This document shows positions 34,044-46,400 of a stretch of DNA of 64,000 nucleotides, in pieces. The notes under the pieces were generated by a model. It was not told the origin of the DNA and made no database searches. It saw nothing but the letters and a program-made list of their open reading frames with translations. The translations under genes and the position numbers were made by a program. Source of the stretch: Macrostomum lignano. Lineage: Eukaryota. The first letter of the stretch is position 1. Each line of letters begins with the position of its first letter. The DNA is taken from contig NIVC01000033.1 in NCBI GenBank assembly GCA_002269645.1, positions 51,335 through 115,334 of the forward strand, in the 5' to 3' direction.

Positions 34044-37000
34044 TCAGGGGGACCCGTCGGTCTCGCCTGCAGCGCGGTCCTCCTCACCGACGGTGGGGAA
34101 GAAATCAGCTCGTCCGGTGTCCCTGAGGTACCGGGCGAGCAGTGGGATGCTCTCGGGCCTGCAAACGTCGGAGAGAACCGGGTTTGGCCCGAGGTGAGTA
34201 AGCCTGGCCCTGGTGAAAACCGGGCAGTGGCAGATAAAATGCTCGGCGTTTTCACTGCCTGAGCGGCAGAAGGGGCACCGCTCCTCGGGTACTTGGCCCT
34301 GAAGGAAGCGGTGGCGAGAGAAGCAGCCATGCCCGGAGAGGGCCATGCTAACTGCTCTGAGGTCTCTGCGGTTGAGCCTGAGGAGGGCTCTACGCAGGAG
34401 AGGAGAGGGACAGGGGACGGCAGCACGGGATTGCCTACAATTCCGGGTGTCGTGCCACCTGCGGAGATGCTCGGAGTCAGCCCAGCGCTTAACGCGGGAA
34501 TTGATCACCGAGGCGGGGATGGGGGCACCCGGGCCCGGCCCCAATAGCGCGCCGGCGGAGCCAGCCTTGGCCAGCAGGTCAGCGCGCTCGTTGCCGAGGA
34601 AGCCGGCGTGGCCCGGGATCCATCTGAGCTCCACCTGGTTGCCTAGCGCAAGCCCGTTGAGCTGGGTGTTGCAGTCCAGGACGGACCTGGAGCTGGCGGT
34701 GCTGCGGCAGAGGGCCCGAAGGGCTGCTTGGCTGTCAGAGTGAAAAATAAATTTCCGGCCGCTAAGCTGCCTTCGGCGCAGCTCTGCCGCGCAGGAGCTG
34801 ATGGCAAGCACCTCGCTCTGAAAAACACTGGAGTTGAGCCCAGTGTGCTGGGAGTAGCTCCACACCACTTCTCCCTTGAAGAAGACGCAAGCTCCGAAGC
34901 CTGAAAGACCATGCCTCATAGAGCCGTCAGTGTAACAGTGGACTTCAGAGTCGCTCCAGCTGTCACTCGCCTCGTGTCGAGGCTGAATGGTGACCTTATA
35001 CCTTTGGCTCAGGAGAAGGGTGGCTGGGATCGAGTCCGTGAGGATGTTGAGCCCGCCACACTCCTCGAGAGCCTTGAGGCAGAGGTCAGAGTGCGGGATA
35101 AGCGACCGCTTCTTAAAGGCCCGCACTTTCTTGAAGGCCACCCCAGCATCCAGAAGACGCCGGGTGCTCTTCGCCGCCTCTCCTTTGATATAAATATCCA
35201 AAGGAGGGGCGCAGAGGAAGGCATTCATGCCTTCAAAAGGAGTAGAGGGTGGAGCGCCCATAGTCATGCGGCAGGCTCTGCCCTGGATTTTGTAGAGAGC
35301 GTCGAGGTTGCTCTTGACGCTCAGGCCGCTAGCCCACACGAGGCTGGCGTAACTGATCGAGGGGCGGATGATGGCAGTGTAAATCCACCACAGCTTCCTG
35401 GGGGTGAGCCCCCAGGTGGTGCCCACGGCGCGCCTGATCTGAGCCAGTACAGCCAGGGCTTTTTTGGCTTTAGTTTGAATGTGCGGAGTCCAGTTAAGCC
35501 TGTGGTCCAGAGTGAGGCCCAGGCAGCGGACCTGCTTCTCCATGGAAATATTCTTTCCATAGAGGGTGAGGGGCTTAATGGTCCAGAGCAGTTTGTTGGT
35601 AAACATGACTGCTGTGGTTTTCGACTCTGAGAGTCTAAGGCCACATTGGTCTGCCCAACGCTCCGCTCGTCCCAGAAAGCCCTGCAGAAGGTCTCTGATG
35701 GTATCAACCGAGGGGCCCGCGCATATCGCGGTCACATCATCGGCATAGCCCACCTTGAGAATGGGGTCGTGGAGATCACTGCAAAGCAACTCATCCATGA
35801 CCATGTTCCAGAGAACGGGGGTGAGAACGCCGCCCTGGGGGCCCCCTTTCAGGACAGGCACCGAAAGAGAGCTGCCGCTCAGGTGGGCCACAACAGTGCG
35901 GTTTCGGATCATGAACATGATCCACCGGACAAGGTGAGGGTGCGTGGCCCTGGATTCCAGGGCTCTGCAAAAGGCCTCGAAGATGACGTTGTCGAAGGCC
36001 CCCTCAATGTCCAGGAAAAGCGAGAGGGCAAAGCCGCTGCCAAGAACGGCCCTCTCCAGGAAGTCAACAATGACATGGAGAGCACTCTCGGTTGACCTGC
36101 CCGCGCGGAAGGCGTGCTGGTTCTGCGAGAGTGGGAAGCGCTTCAGCTCGACCGAAAGTAGGCGCCAAAGCACCAGTCTCTCGAGGAGCTTGAGGCAGAA
36201 AGAAGTGAGGCTGATAGGCCTGAAGGCCTTCACCGATTGGTAGTCGCTCTTTCCAGGCTTGGGGATAAAGACCACCCGGGCCTCTCTCCATGCAACTGGT
36301 ACATAGCCCAGCTCCATACAAGCTCGAAGGAGACGACAGAGCAGGTCCAGGAAGCGGTGGTTTTTCACCGCCTCGTGCAAGAACGCTGGGTAGATGCCGT
36401 CGGGCCCAGGCGCCTTGAACGGGTTAAAGGACCTTGCCGCTCTAATAATGCGGTCTTTGGTGATCATAGACTTTGCTAGGCCTTGCCCTCCCACTGTGTG
36501 GTCGGGCGGGCCCTGCTGAGTCGGAGATTTAGGGAAAAAACTGTTGAGCATGAGCTCTAGAGTCTCTTCCGAACTCTCTGTGACCGAGCCGTCAGGTCTC
36601 TTCACAACAGAGAGTTTAGAAAAACGGTCATTAGTGAGTGCCTTAACCACGCGGGCTACGGGGCGAGAGCCCTCAAGCCCTTCGCAATATTGGCGCCACT
36701 TGGCCGTCTTGGCCCTTCTGACTTGGCCCTTAAACTCGTGGATCGCACGGGTATAGGCCTCTCTGTCAGATGGGTCTTTGGTTTTGAGCGCTCGCCTTTG
36801 GAGGGTCCTGGCTCGGCGCCGAAGGGGCCCGAGCTCTGGGTTCCACCAGGGAGCAGATTCCTTGCCTTTATAGGCCTTTAGGGGGCAGGCTGCTTCAAAG
36901 GCAGTGGTGATCGCCCCGCCCAGGGAGGAGGCGAGATCGTCCACCACCTGGCAGTCAGAGAGGTCACTGGGGGGTCAAGATCCCGAAGGCCGCGGCTCAG

Positions 37001-37746
37001 CTTCGAGCCAAAGGCGGCCCAATCGGTGTTTCTGACGTTCCGACTCCAAGTGACCTTAGGCTTTTGCTTGGTCGGCCCAATGCAAAAGCGGATAAAGCGG
37101 TGGTCCGAGAGCGAGTCCTCGTCCCACACTCGCCAGCCCGTAACTGCGGAAAGCAGTCCGGGTGAGGCGATGGTGGTGTCGATGACTTCGGCCCACCGCC
37201 CATTATTGAACGTTGGTGCATTGCCCACGTTACAGAAGTTGAGGTTAGTGCTGCTGACATAGGCCAGCAGCTCCTCGCCTCTGCTATTGATGTTCTTGCT
37301 GCCCCAATGCAGGTGGTGTGCGTTCACATCCCCTGCAATGAGCAGCTCGAACCGATGGGACGCAGCATAGTCAGTAAGGTTGACTAACGCGTCGCAGACA
37401 ACTGGGGCATCGCCCGGGAAATAGGCAGAAGCTACCAGCACAGGTTTATTGGGAATGAGGTTATTGATTTGAACAACACAGATGTCCCCAGTCGAGAGAT
37501 CAGGTCTCATCCATGCCTCAAAAGCTTTTGCAGCAAAGACCAGAGATCTTGGCGAGGCTGAGAGCCCGCCATGCAAAAACAGTGGTAGCCAGATGGCACA
37601 TTATTTGGCTTACCTTTAGTCATCCAGGGCTCCTGTACGAAGACCAGGCCCGGAAGCTGTTGCTCTGCCGTGCGCATCAGGTTGACCGACGCCGCCACGC
37701 AGTGCTGGGTGTTGATCTGCAGACACCAGGTAGTCGTTGGCATCAT
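34044..37746 (-). CDS. LINE ORF2 (APE endonuclease, RT, RNase H, C-terminal zinc knuckle) with two frameshifts
   Basis: QINTQHC..VQEPW, GDVNAHH..WGS, SDH (EN); FRPISL, FLDIEGAFDNV, PQGGVLTP, YADD (RT); YTDGS..AE..SDSQAAL..WIPGH..NERAD (RNase H); CPFC...EHFICHC. Frame changes near 37560 and 36970. Confidence 0.93.
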
Positions 37747-39263
37747 TGCAGATCGGATGTTGCAGCCGCCAGGAGTTCCTCCTCCTCCTCGGCGCTCACC
37801 GGCTTCGGGTCGGGGTCGCCGGTGTCCATGGGCTCTTCTTCAGCAAAAGGCCCCCGATTGGCCGGAAGGCAGTAGGCAGCGTTCGCCGCCCTTTGCCCAC
37901 CATCCATGGGGTCCTCCGCCTCAGATTGGCCCAATGCCCTGGAGCAGCCAGCCGCCTGGGCAGGCGGGTCCGTCTCCAGTCGGCCCTGCCCCGAGGGGTT
38001 GGGCCCAGCTGGGACGTCCCCACCCTCCCTGGACGAACTGGTGCGCCTAGGCGTCCCGGCGACCTCTCGCCTCAGCTGGGAGATTTTGGCGGTACGGACT
38101 GCCTCAGCTGCACGCTGGTACAGGCCGCGCCGCTTGGTGCTACGCGCCGGGCGTCGGTCGCCTCCGCCCTCAGCAGCGCGCTCAGCTTTGCCCGCGCGGC
38201 CGTGCTGCCGGGCAGGGCGGTTTGCTTTGGCAGTCTGAGCAGAGGCTTGCGCCTCGGCCCCGGCCGCCTCCGCATCCCGCCCGCCCTGCTCACTGCCACG
38301 GGGAGGGTCGGCCTCGTAGGAGCGGATGCGCAGCTTCCAAAGGCCGACGTTGATGAAGCTGCCGTGTGGATAACGCCTCATCCAGGCGTCCGACAGCCCC
38401 AGGATGGCTGTGAAGCCAGTGCCGTCGGTGCGCTTAAGGGTGTCATGCACCACTAGGCCCGCGGCGGGAAGCTCCCGGTTGACTGCTAGCAGTCCTTTCC
38501 GGAGCTCGTCAGCAGAGGTAACAACGCTCCTGGCCGGGACCCAGATTCGATGCCTCTTGGTCCGGGGGCGCTCGTCCTCTCTGCAGAAGGCTAGGTTGAG
38601 GTCCCAGCTCTGCTCGGGCAGCAGCTCAAGGAGCCGCCGACCCGAGTCAGCATCACTGGGCCAAATGAGAAGGCACGAGTCCCTCGTCGCATTCGAATGA
38701 ATGTTCAGAGGCGTGCCCTTCAGAGTTTGCTTCCACAGGAGGCCATCAACGGCACTTCTCACCTGCTTCAGCTGATCGGGAGACAGGCGCGCGTCCTTTC
38801 CCAGGATGACAACCGCCGGTTGCCTCTTTGCCGCATCAGCGTAGGAGGCCCGGGGGTCAGTGGAGCTTTCTTCAGGTGGGCTGTCCACCCTCCCGGCTGC
38901 ATCGGCCTCCCTATCCTGGGCAGGGGCTTCCGTGGGCTCGAGGCCCTCTTCCGCCACCGCCCCAGACTGGGAAGCTTCCGCTGCCGCGGGCCGTTGGCCC
39001 CTGGCACCGGTTTGGCTTCCGCCCTCCTTGGCCCGCCTCGCCTTGTTAAGTCGACGGCGGGCAGCTCCAGAGGTGGTGCTGCGTTTCTTAGCAGCTGGAG
39101 TAGCAGGTGTCTTCTCGGAGGCACCGCTCAGAGTTGGCTCCACGGGTCTCGCCGAGGCGTCCCCGATGGTAGCAGGTGGTATGGCCGAGGAGTCCACGGC
39201 CCCAGCCGAGGCCGGAGGCACTGTGTCATCCACAGCCGGTTTGTTACTTCGGTTAGAAGCCAT
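37743..39263 (-). CDS. LINE ORF1 (~506 aa, no CCHC knuckle)
   Basis: Open frame from ATG MASNRSNK at 39263. Its stop overlaps the ORF2 start as ATGA at 37743-37746. Confidence 0.85.
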   Translation of the reverse strand: MASNRSNKPAVDDTVPPASAGAVDSSAIPPATIGDASARPVEPTLSGASEKTPATPAAKKRSTTSGAARRRLNKARRAKEGGSQTGARGQRPAAAEASQSGAVAEEGLEPTEAPAQDREADAAGRVDSPPEESSTDPRASYADAAKRQPAVVILGKDARLSPDQLKQVRSAVDGLLWKQTLKGTPLNIHSNATRDSCLLIWPSDADSGRRLLELLPEQSWDLNLAFCREDERPRTKRHRIWVPARSVVTSADELRKGLLAVNRELPAAGLVVHDTLKRTDGTGFTAILGLSDAWMRRYPHGSFINVGLWKLRIRSYEADPPRGSEQGGRDAEAAGAEAQASAQTAKANRPARQHGRAGKAERAAEGGGDRRPARSTKRRGLYQRAAEAVRTAKISQLRREVAGTPRRTSSSREGGDVPAGPNPSGQGRLETDPPAQAAGCSRALGQSEAEDPMDGGQRAANAAYCLPANRGPFAEEEPMDTGDPDPKPVSAEEEEELLAAATSDLQ

Positions 39264-40216
39264 TGGCTGGAAGTAAAAAGGTGGGACTTCCTGCAGAACA
39301 CAGGCAAAGAGCCGCAAGGCCGCAACCCCAAACCAAGCGGCAGGCCCCCAAAAAGCAAAATACCACCCTGCGGGGGACCCAAAAGCGCAAGGGGAACCGT
39401 TAGCGACCAGACTACTCCCTGGCCAAGCGTCCATCAGCACGGAGTTACACTGGGACATTAGAGGGTGCGTTTATGGTCACACCAGGACCCGGCGCCAACG
39501 AATCAGCTCGGCAGGGCCCAAGGGGGCCTGCCTTAACACCCACGGGACGAGTACCCTTCGAAGTGCGCCTTGCAAGGTGAAAATCAGGAGACAGAGTCTC
39601 TTGAGCTATCAGCCCGCCAGGGGAGGCAGGTGTGAGCATCGCTGGCTGGGATAAAGGCCATACCAGTCTCATACTGCACAGATAGTTCACCACGCCATTA
39701 CGTGCAGGACCCGGGGTCCTGGGGGCAACAGCCCCGGCATGCTGGTACAATACATACATACAATCGTTTTAGCTCATTGATTGCTTTTTTACCAACGTCT
39801 GAAAATATTAATTTACCACTCGTGGCTTAATTTCTCTCTGGTAGTTGAAATATTAGTCGAAACAGTATACTTTAAGATTTGTTGTTAGACTTAATTTCTC
39901 ATGCATGTCGAACACATGAATTCACTTCAGTTATGTACCTACTCTTACAGGTTAATTACAAAGATGTTACTATGCAAGTCCTAAGTTTTTTTAGAGAAAA
40001 GAACCATATTTATAAAAATAGTAGCTTGTAATTAATTATCTTCTAGGTAATCTTCTTTAGTAGTAATGCTTTGTGCTAACAAGGATCACTACATGGACTA
40101 TGTAGTACACATTAGTTTAGTCTTCCTTGGCTGCAAAATGTTCCGACAAAAAATCTGTTCCATAAATACAGTAGTTCAGAATCCGAACAAGTGCATTAAC
40201 TGCATTAGCAGCTGGG

Positions 40217-41026
40217 TCAATCATGGATCTGAATAAGGCTGCTATTCAGTGCTCTCATCGCCTCCGACTGCAAAGCCATTTTGATGTTATTTAGCTCATT
40301 TGCTGTAAATCCTCTCCGCTCGCGCACTTGCTTATTTTTGCATTTTTTCCACAAGATCCACAGCACCCTCCAGCACTCCTGCTTATTGAACACGCGATAT
40401 TTTTGCACAAGATAGGCGCCAATATCGGCACTTAGCATGCCGACGTGGACTCTGTCATTGATCCGTATCGCTGTGCCAATGTAGGTATACCTGCTGGCAT
40501 AGCTGCTCCCGATGCTTTCCCTGCAGCGTCAAAATCGTGAGAGTCAAAGCTTTAGAGCAGTTGCTTTTAGCAAGTCTGAAAATATTAAAAAGTCTAAAAA
40601 GAGACCCTCACGTGTAGTTTTCAAATGAAGTCTTGGCACGCACTCCGAATTGCAGCATTCGAATTTTGTCCCTAGCACTGGCCGGGTATTCTCTAGTCCT
40701 GACCTTCAGCTCGCTCAGCGAGACTTTCTCATTGTTTGGCCGAACAAAATTTGTATGGAAAAAAGAGATCAGGCAGCTGGAGCACACCACTCCAGGCCGG
40801 ATGGGTTCATAACCGGATCGGATCTGAATGGCCAACAGCTTCCTGATGCTGGGGCGGCCCAAGTTGCTTGCTGCTGCAATTGTGTCGCAGTGCAGTCTGT
40901 AGAATGAAGTCTAAAACTACTGTCGCACTGATTAGCTCACGGAAAACAATGCTATAAATACTTACTTGTACCTTGCGGTATCAGTAGCATCAAGGGCAGC
41001 AAGAGCCACATTGAATTACTGGCCAT
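40217..41026 (-). CDS. Secreted protein with an unrecognised basic domain, copy A (~206 aa)
   Basis: Exons 41026-40972 (MASNSMWLLLPLMLLIPQ signal peptide; alternative donor at 40966), 40873-40612 and 40520-40217. Phases 1 and 2 join, and the protein is clearly homologous to copy B. Confidence 0.8.
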
Positions 41027-41815
41027 GCTTTCGATTTGTCGACAGACACCTATTTTTTTCCTGAAAAAGGGCTCAGCAACTCAGCCTACAGTGATCATGC
41101 GTATATATCAGTTTAAAATGGCGCAGTTCCTATAGGTCAAACTGAAAGGTTAAAGTAGTTAGAAAATCAAAATGCAGCTTCTAGTAAAATTCAGCAGGAG
41201 AAAACCATTGTCTGCACTGTTTCACTCGGACAGACACATGCAGTTTATCCTGGCCAGGTGCTGCAGAATGTCATTCGTTACACGCAATTTTTCTTCGAAG
41301 CAGCTATTAACAAACAAAATTTATCACTTTCAGAACTCCATTTAGTCGAAGCACTGAGGATTGAGCGTAAATTCAGTATTGAGTGGTTTCTGGCACGCCT
41401 GCAGATCTGGTATGAAAGTTGGCGGCAGCCCATCCTGCACCCCTGAGGATCTGGGGGGGTGCCGGAGGATCGGGAAGTCAATAGAAGCGATATGAACAGG
41501 GAGAGCAGATGCTCAAACTCTGGATTTTTCTATGAATTCGGTGGCTCTTGATTTTTCGTATTGGTCATTGAGCTTATCTCTCATAAGGATCGCTCATGCA
41601 GGAGAACTCGGCTTCACAGAGGCTACTTTCGCAGAGGCAAGTCTGAGTTTCAATTTCTAAAGCCGTAGCATTAGAATAATAATTACTCTCCAACTACAGA
41701 TGTATTTCTCTCAGAAAACTCTGCCATCAGGCAGTGGAGCGCATCAAGTTACTGGGAGTTTGCCCAACACCAAGAAACGGTTCATTTTTTGTCAATCCAG
41801 TCGAGTGCCGTCGCC

Positions 41816-43541
41816 TTACACGTGGATGTGACCGAGGTTCTCGGTGAAGACTCGCATTGTCTCCGACTGCAGCGCGGCGTCGATCTGCCTGATCTCGTTC
41901 CCGTTGTAGCCTCTTCGCTGTTTGATGGCGTGGTTCTTGCACCTATTCCAGAAGAAAACCTTTCTGCACACTCTCTTATTGAACACGTTGAACTTGTGCA
42001 CCAGAGTCGCGGTGATGATGGTGCTGATCATGCCGAGGCGGATGTGGTTGTTCGATCGGTGCGCAATGCCGAAGTAGGTGTTCTTCGAGGCGTGGTTCGG
42101 TCTGATATCGATCCTGGAAGTTTAAGTGGAATGAGAGTTTGTGCTAACGGCAGTCTGCAGAACAGGCTATGCTCAGAGCCAGCTCACTTGGAGTCCTCAA
42201 AGGTTGTCTTAGCGTTGGCGCCGAAATGCAACGCTTTCAGCTTGTTCCTGGCAGAGGCCGGGTAGTGAGACATTCTAGCGTTGAGCTGGCTCACCGGAAA
42301 ACTATCGCTGCGGTGAATCACGTTTTGGCGCCGGAACGACGTGATGAGGCAGCTGGAGCAGACGACTCCGGCGGGAATGGCTGCCGACATCGACCGCACC
42401 TTTGCGGCTATGCTGTCTCTAATGGGTTTTCCAGTCGCTGGAATGCACAATAATGCGATCGGAAGCTGTGCAATCGCGCTAGGTATCCAGCATCATCATC
42501 GGAACTCAGCAGCCGCAGGTTACTTAACTGCTGCTCCTTGAAGATCCCTAGCGGTTCGACTGATTTTGAGCATCACCCAAGAGCCCCCGCAACTAACCAA
42601 CTATAGCATGAACTCACAAAATGCGACCTTACCTGATATCGAGACAGTAGCTTTAAGCCCGGTCGCGTACACATTGTTGCGCCATGGACCACCGCACAGG
42701 GAGCTTCGATCTCCATTGCAGTGCATGTTGCACTCGCTGTCAGACCGGGCTCCGTATTTGCCGTAGCTGTTGTCGCAGAAGCATTGGTCCGCGTACTGCA
42801 CACCGAAGAAGGCGTATCCGCGGGACTTGCAGATGTTCTTGCACTTGTTGATTGTCATGCCGCCATGCCCGCCAAGATGTGACAGGTCCCGAACGCCATT
42901 GTCTACGAAGCATCCGATGTAGTGCATTCCGGAGGCTGGAAGGCGGAGCAGTGTACTTTTGTTAGTCGCTTGCTTATTGACTTGAAATTGGAAGTTTTTT
43001 CTTTAAATGAAGCATAGGGTGATCATTTTAGGGCAAAAAACTAAAATTAGCCTTAAAATATTTTGAATTTTTGTAGTTTCTACACATTCTACAAAATATC
43101 CTGAAGGACGCCTCACTGATATCAGTGGTGTAGATGCTGTTCCTCCAGCGACCGCCGCAGATCTCCGAGCTCTTGCCGGAGCAACGGTCTCTGCAGTCTC
43201 TGCTGGGCTTGGCGCCATATTTTCCGTAGCTGTTGCCGCACCAGCACTCCTTCCTGGCCTGCACGCCAAAGAACCTGAAGTGCCGGCTGGTGCACACATG
43301 GTTGCATTTGCCGACGGACATGGAGCCTCTTGACGCCAACACGCTTAAGTCGCGGTTCCCCGCGTCGCGATAGCAACCGACGTAGTGGTAGCCATGGACC
43401 ACTGCGGGTTTTTGAGCGGTGCTGAGTCGGTAAGGATGAAGAACTTACCTGCTGGGCGAAGTACTGCACTTCAGTCCACTTACCTTGCGACAGCACTAGG
43501 AGCAGGGAGAGGGGCAGCAGAAGCCAAGCAGCAGTCGCCAT
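41816..43541 (-). CDS. Secreted WSC-WSC-novel domain protein, copy B (397 aa)
   Basis: Exons 43541-43484 (signal peptide), 43401-43117 (WSC1: YVGCYRD...C..VC...FGVQARKECWCG...C...CSG....CGGRWRNSIY), 42935-42633 (WSC2), 42437-42188 and 42113-41816. All are GT-AG and phase-consistent. Confidence 0.9.
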
Positions 43542-44086
43542 GGAAGCGGCTTTCTTGTGGAACTTGTCACGGCGGACTTGGACTCGATGTGATCGATGAG
43601 AAATTGGTGATTTTTGCCTCGCCTGCTACTGTCCTTATATGCTAATAAAATTGCCAGGAATTTCGGGGGGGGGGGCGGTGCAAGACAAACTTATTGATTA
43701 GAAGTCAAGCAAAAAGTTTAGACAAGTTTGGTGCTGCATTCTCGGCAGTCAATACTGACCGAATGAGCTGTCAATCATGGGAGCTTGAGCATGCACCAGA
43801 TCGGGAGGGGTACACGCTATTCTTTTGCGACATTCAAGCAGCCTATTGCTAGCCTTCGACATCCAGCGAAGTTGGGGGTGTTTGCCGTGTCAGTGGGTGG
43901 AGAATTGAATTGTTTGACTTTGAGGAACATCTGGCAAGTGACTGGAGCGTCCTTTCCTGTCATTTATTTGTTTTCTCGCTTTGCTAAGTGTTGGAATGTG
44001 ACAAGTTTTGTTGAAGTAGATTTTTATCAAGTTAACTTTGGAGTCCTGTTGCAATGAAAGAAATGAACTGTCAGCTACCCTGGTAT

Positions 44087-46400
44087 CTCATCTCCCAGCA
44101 CTGCAGACCGTTGCTAAAGTGTGTGTTCTCATCTCCCAGCACTGCAGACCGTTGCTGAAGTGTGTGTTCTCAATCTCATCTCCCAGCACTGCAGACCGTT
44201 GCTGAAGTGTGTGTTCTCATCTCCCAGCACTGCAGACCGTTGCTGAAGTGTGTGTTCTCATCTCCCATGGCACTGCAGACCATTGCTGAAGTGTGTGTTC
44301 TCATCTCCCAGCACTGCCGACCGTTGCTGAAGTGTGTGTTCTCATCTCCCATGGCACTGCAGACCATTGCTGAAGTGTGTGTTCTCATCTCCCATGGCAC
44401 TGCAGACCATTGCTGAAGTGTGTGTTCTCATCTCCCAGCACTGCAGACCGTTGCTGAAGTGTGTGTTCTCATCTCCCAGCAGTGCAGACCATTGCTGAAG
44501 TGTGTGTTCTCATCTCCCATGGCACTGCAGACCATTGCTGAAGTGTGTGTTCTCATCTCCCATGGCACTGCAGACCATTGCTGAAGTGTGTTCTCATCTC
44601 CCAGCAGTGCAGACCATTGCTGAAGTGTGTGTTCTCATCTCCTAGCACTGCAGACCATTGCTGAAGTGTGTGTTCTCATCTCCCAGCACTGCAGACCATT
44701 GCTGAAGTGTGTGTTCTCATCTCCTAGCACTGCAGACCATTGCTGAAGTGTGTGTTCTCATCTCCCAGCACTGCAGACCATTGCTGAAGTGTGTGTTCTC
44801 ATCTCCTAGCACTGCAGACCATTGCTGAAGTGTGTGTTCTCATCTCCCATGGCACTGCAGACCATTGCTGAAGTGTGTGTTCTCATCTCCCATGGCACTG
44901 CAGACCATTGCTGAAGTGTGTGTTCTCATCTCCTAGAACTGCAGACCATTGCTGAAGTGTGTGTTCTCATCTCCCATGGCACTGCAGACCATTGCTGAAG
45001 TGTGTTCTCATCTCCCAGCAGTGCAGACCATTGCTGAAGTGTGTGTTCTCATCTCCCAGCACTGCAGACCATTGCTGACATGTGTGTTCTCATCTCCCAG
45101 CACTGCAGACCATTGCTGAAGTGTGTGTTCTCATCTCCCAGCACTGCAGACCGTTGCTGAAGTGTGTGTTCTCAATCTCATCTCCCAGCACTGCAGACCG
45201 TTGCTGAAGTGTGTGTTCTCATCTCCCAGCACTGCAGACCGTTGCTGAAGTGTGTGTTCTCATCTCCCATGGCACTGCAGACCATTGCTGAAGTGTGTGT
45301 TCTCATCTCCCAGCACTGCCGACCGTTGCTGAAGTGTGTGTTCTCATCTCCCATGGCACTGCAGACCATTGCTGAAGTGTGTGTTCTCATCTCCCATGGC
45401 ACTGCAGACCATTGCTGAAGTGTGTGTTCTCATCTCCCAGCACTGCAGACCGTTGCTGAAGTGTGTGTTCTCATCTCCCAGCAGTGCAGACCATTGCTGA
45501 AGTGTGTGTTCTCATCTCCCATGGCACTGCAGACCATTGCTGAAGTGTGTGTTCTCATCTCCCATGGCACTGCAGACCATTGCTGAAGTGTGTTCTCATC
45601 TCCCAGCAGTGCAGACCATTGCTGAAGTGTGTGTTCTCATCTCCTAGCACTGCAGACCATTGCTGAAGTGTGTGTTCTCATCTCCCAGCACTGCAGACCA
45701 TTGCTGAAGTGTGTGTTCTCATCTCCTAGCACTGCAGACCATTGCTGAAGTGTGTGTTCTCATCTCCCAGCACTGCAGACCATTGCTGAAGTGTGTGTTC
45801 TCATCTCCTAGCACTGCAGACCATTGCTGAAGTGTGTGTTCTCATCTCCCATGGCACTGCAGACCATTGCTGAAGTGTGTGTTCTCATCTCCCATGGCAC
45901 TGCAGACCATTGCTGAAGTGTGTGTTCTCATCTCCTAGAACTGCAGACCATTGCTGAAGTGTGTGTTCTCATCTCCCATGGCACTGCAGACCATTGCTGA
46001 AGTGTGTTCTCATCTCCCAGCAGTGCAGACCATTGCTGAAGTGTGTGTTCTCATCTCCCAGCACTGCAGACCATTGCTGACATGTGTGTTCTCATCTCCC
46101 AGCACTGCAGACCATTGCTGAAGTGTGTGTTCTCATCTCCCAGCACTGCAGACCATTGCTGAAGTGTGTGTTCTCATCTCCCAGCAGTGCAGACCATTGC
46201 TGAAGTGTGTGTTCTCATCTCCCAGCAGTGCAGACCGTTGCTGAAGTGTTTGTTCTCATCTCAAAGCATTGCAGACCATTGCTGAAGTGTGTTCTCATCT
46301 CCCAGCATTGCAGACCATTGCTGTAGTGTGTGTTCTCATCTCCCAGCACTGCAGACCATTGCTGAAGTGTGTTCTCATCTCCCAGCACTGCAGACCATTG
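44087..46400. repeat. 39-42-bp minisatellite with a 1002-bp higher-order duplication
   Basis: ctcatctcccagcactgcagaccattgctgaagtgtgtgtt units. Rare variants recur 1002 bp apart. Confidence 0.96.

Larger units (their letters stand above)
33928..39737 (-). mobile_element. Full-length LOA/R1-group non-LTR retrotransposon with RNase H
   Basis: 13-bp TSD catgctggtacaa (33915-33927 and 39738-39750), short-repeat 3' tail (aagtcaagtaagtcaag), and ORF1 plus EN-RT-RNaseH-CCHC ORF2. Confidence 0.95.

Noticed and set aside
34293-39461. Many plus-strand ORFs over the LINE, and alternative-frame ORFs over the Gypsy
   Set aside because: Shadow ORFs of GC-rich coding sequence.
43448-43483. Apparent 20-nt micro-intron and second donor in the WSC gene
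   Set aside because: Too short for an intron and out of phase; the first donor joins correctly to 43401.
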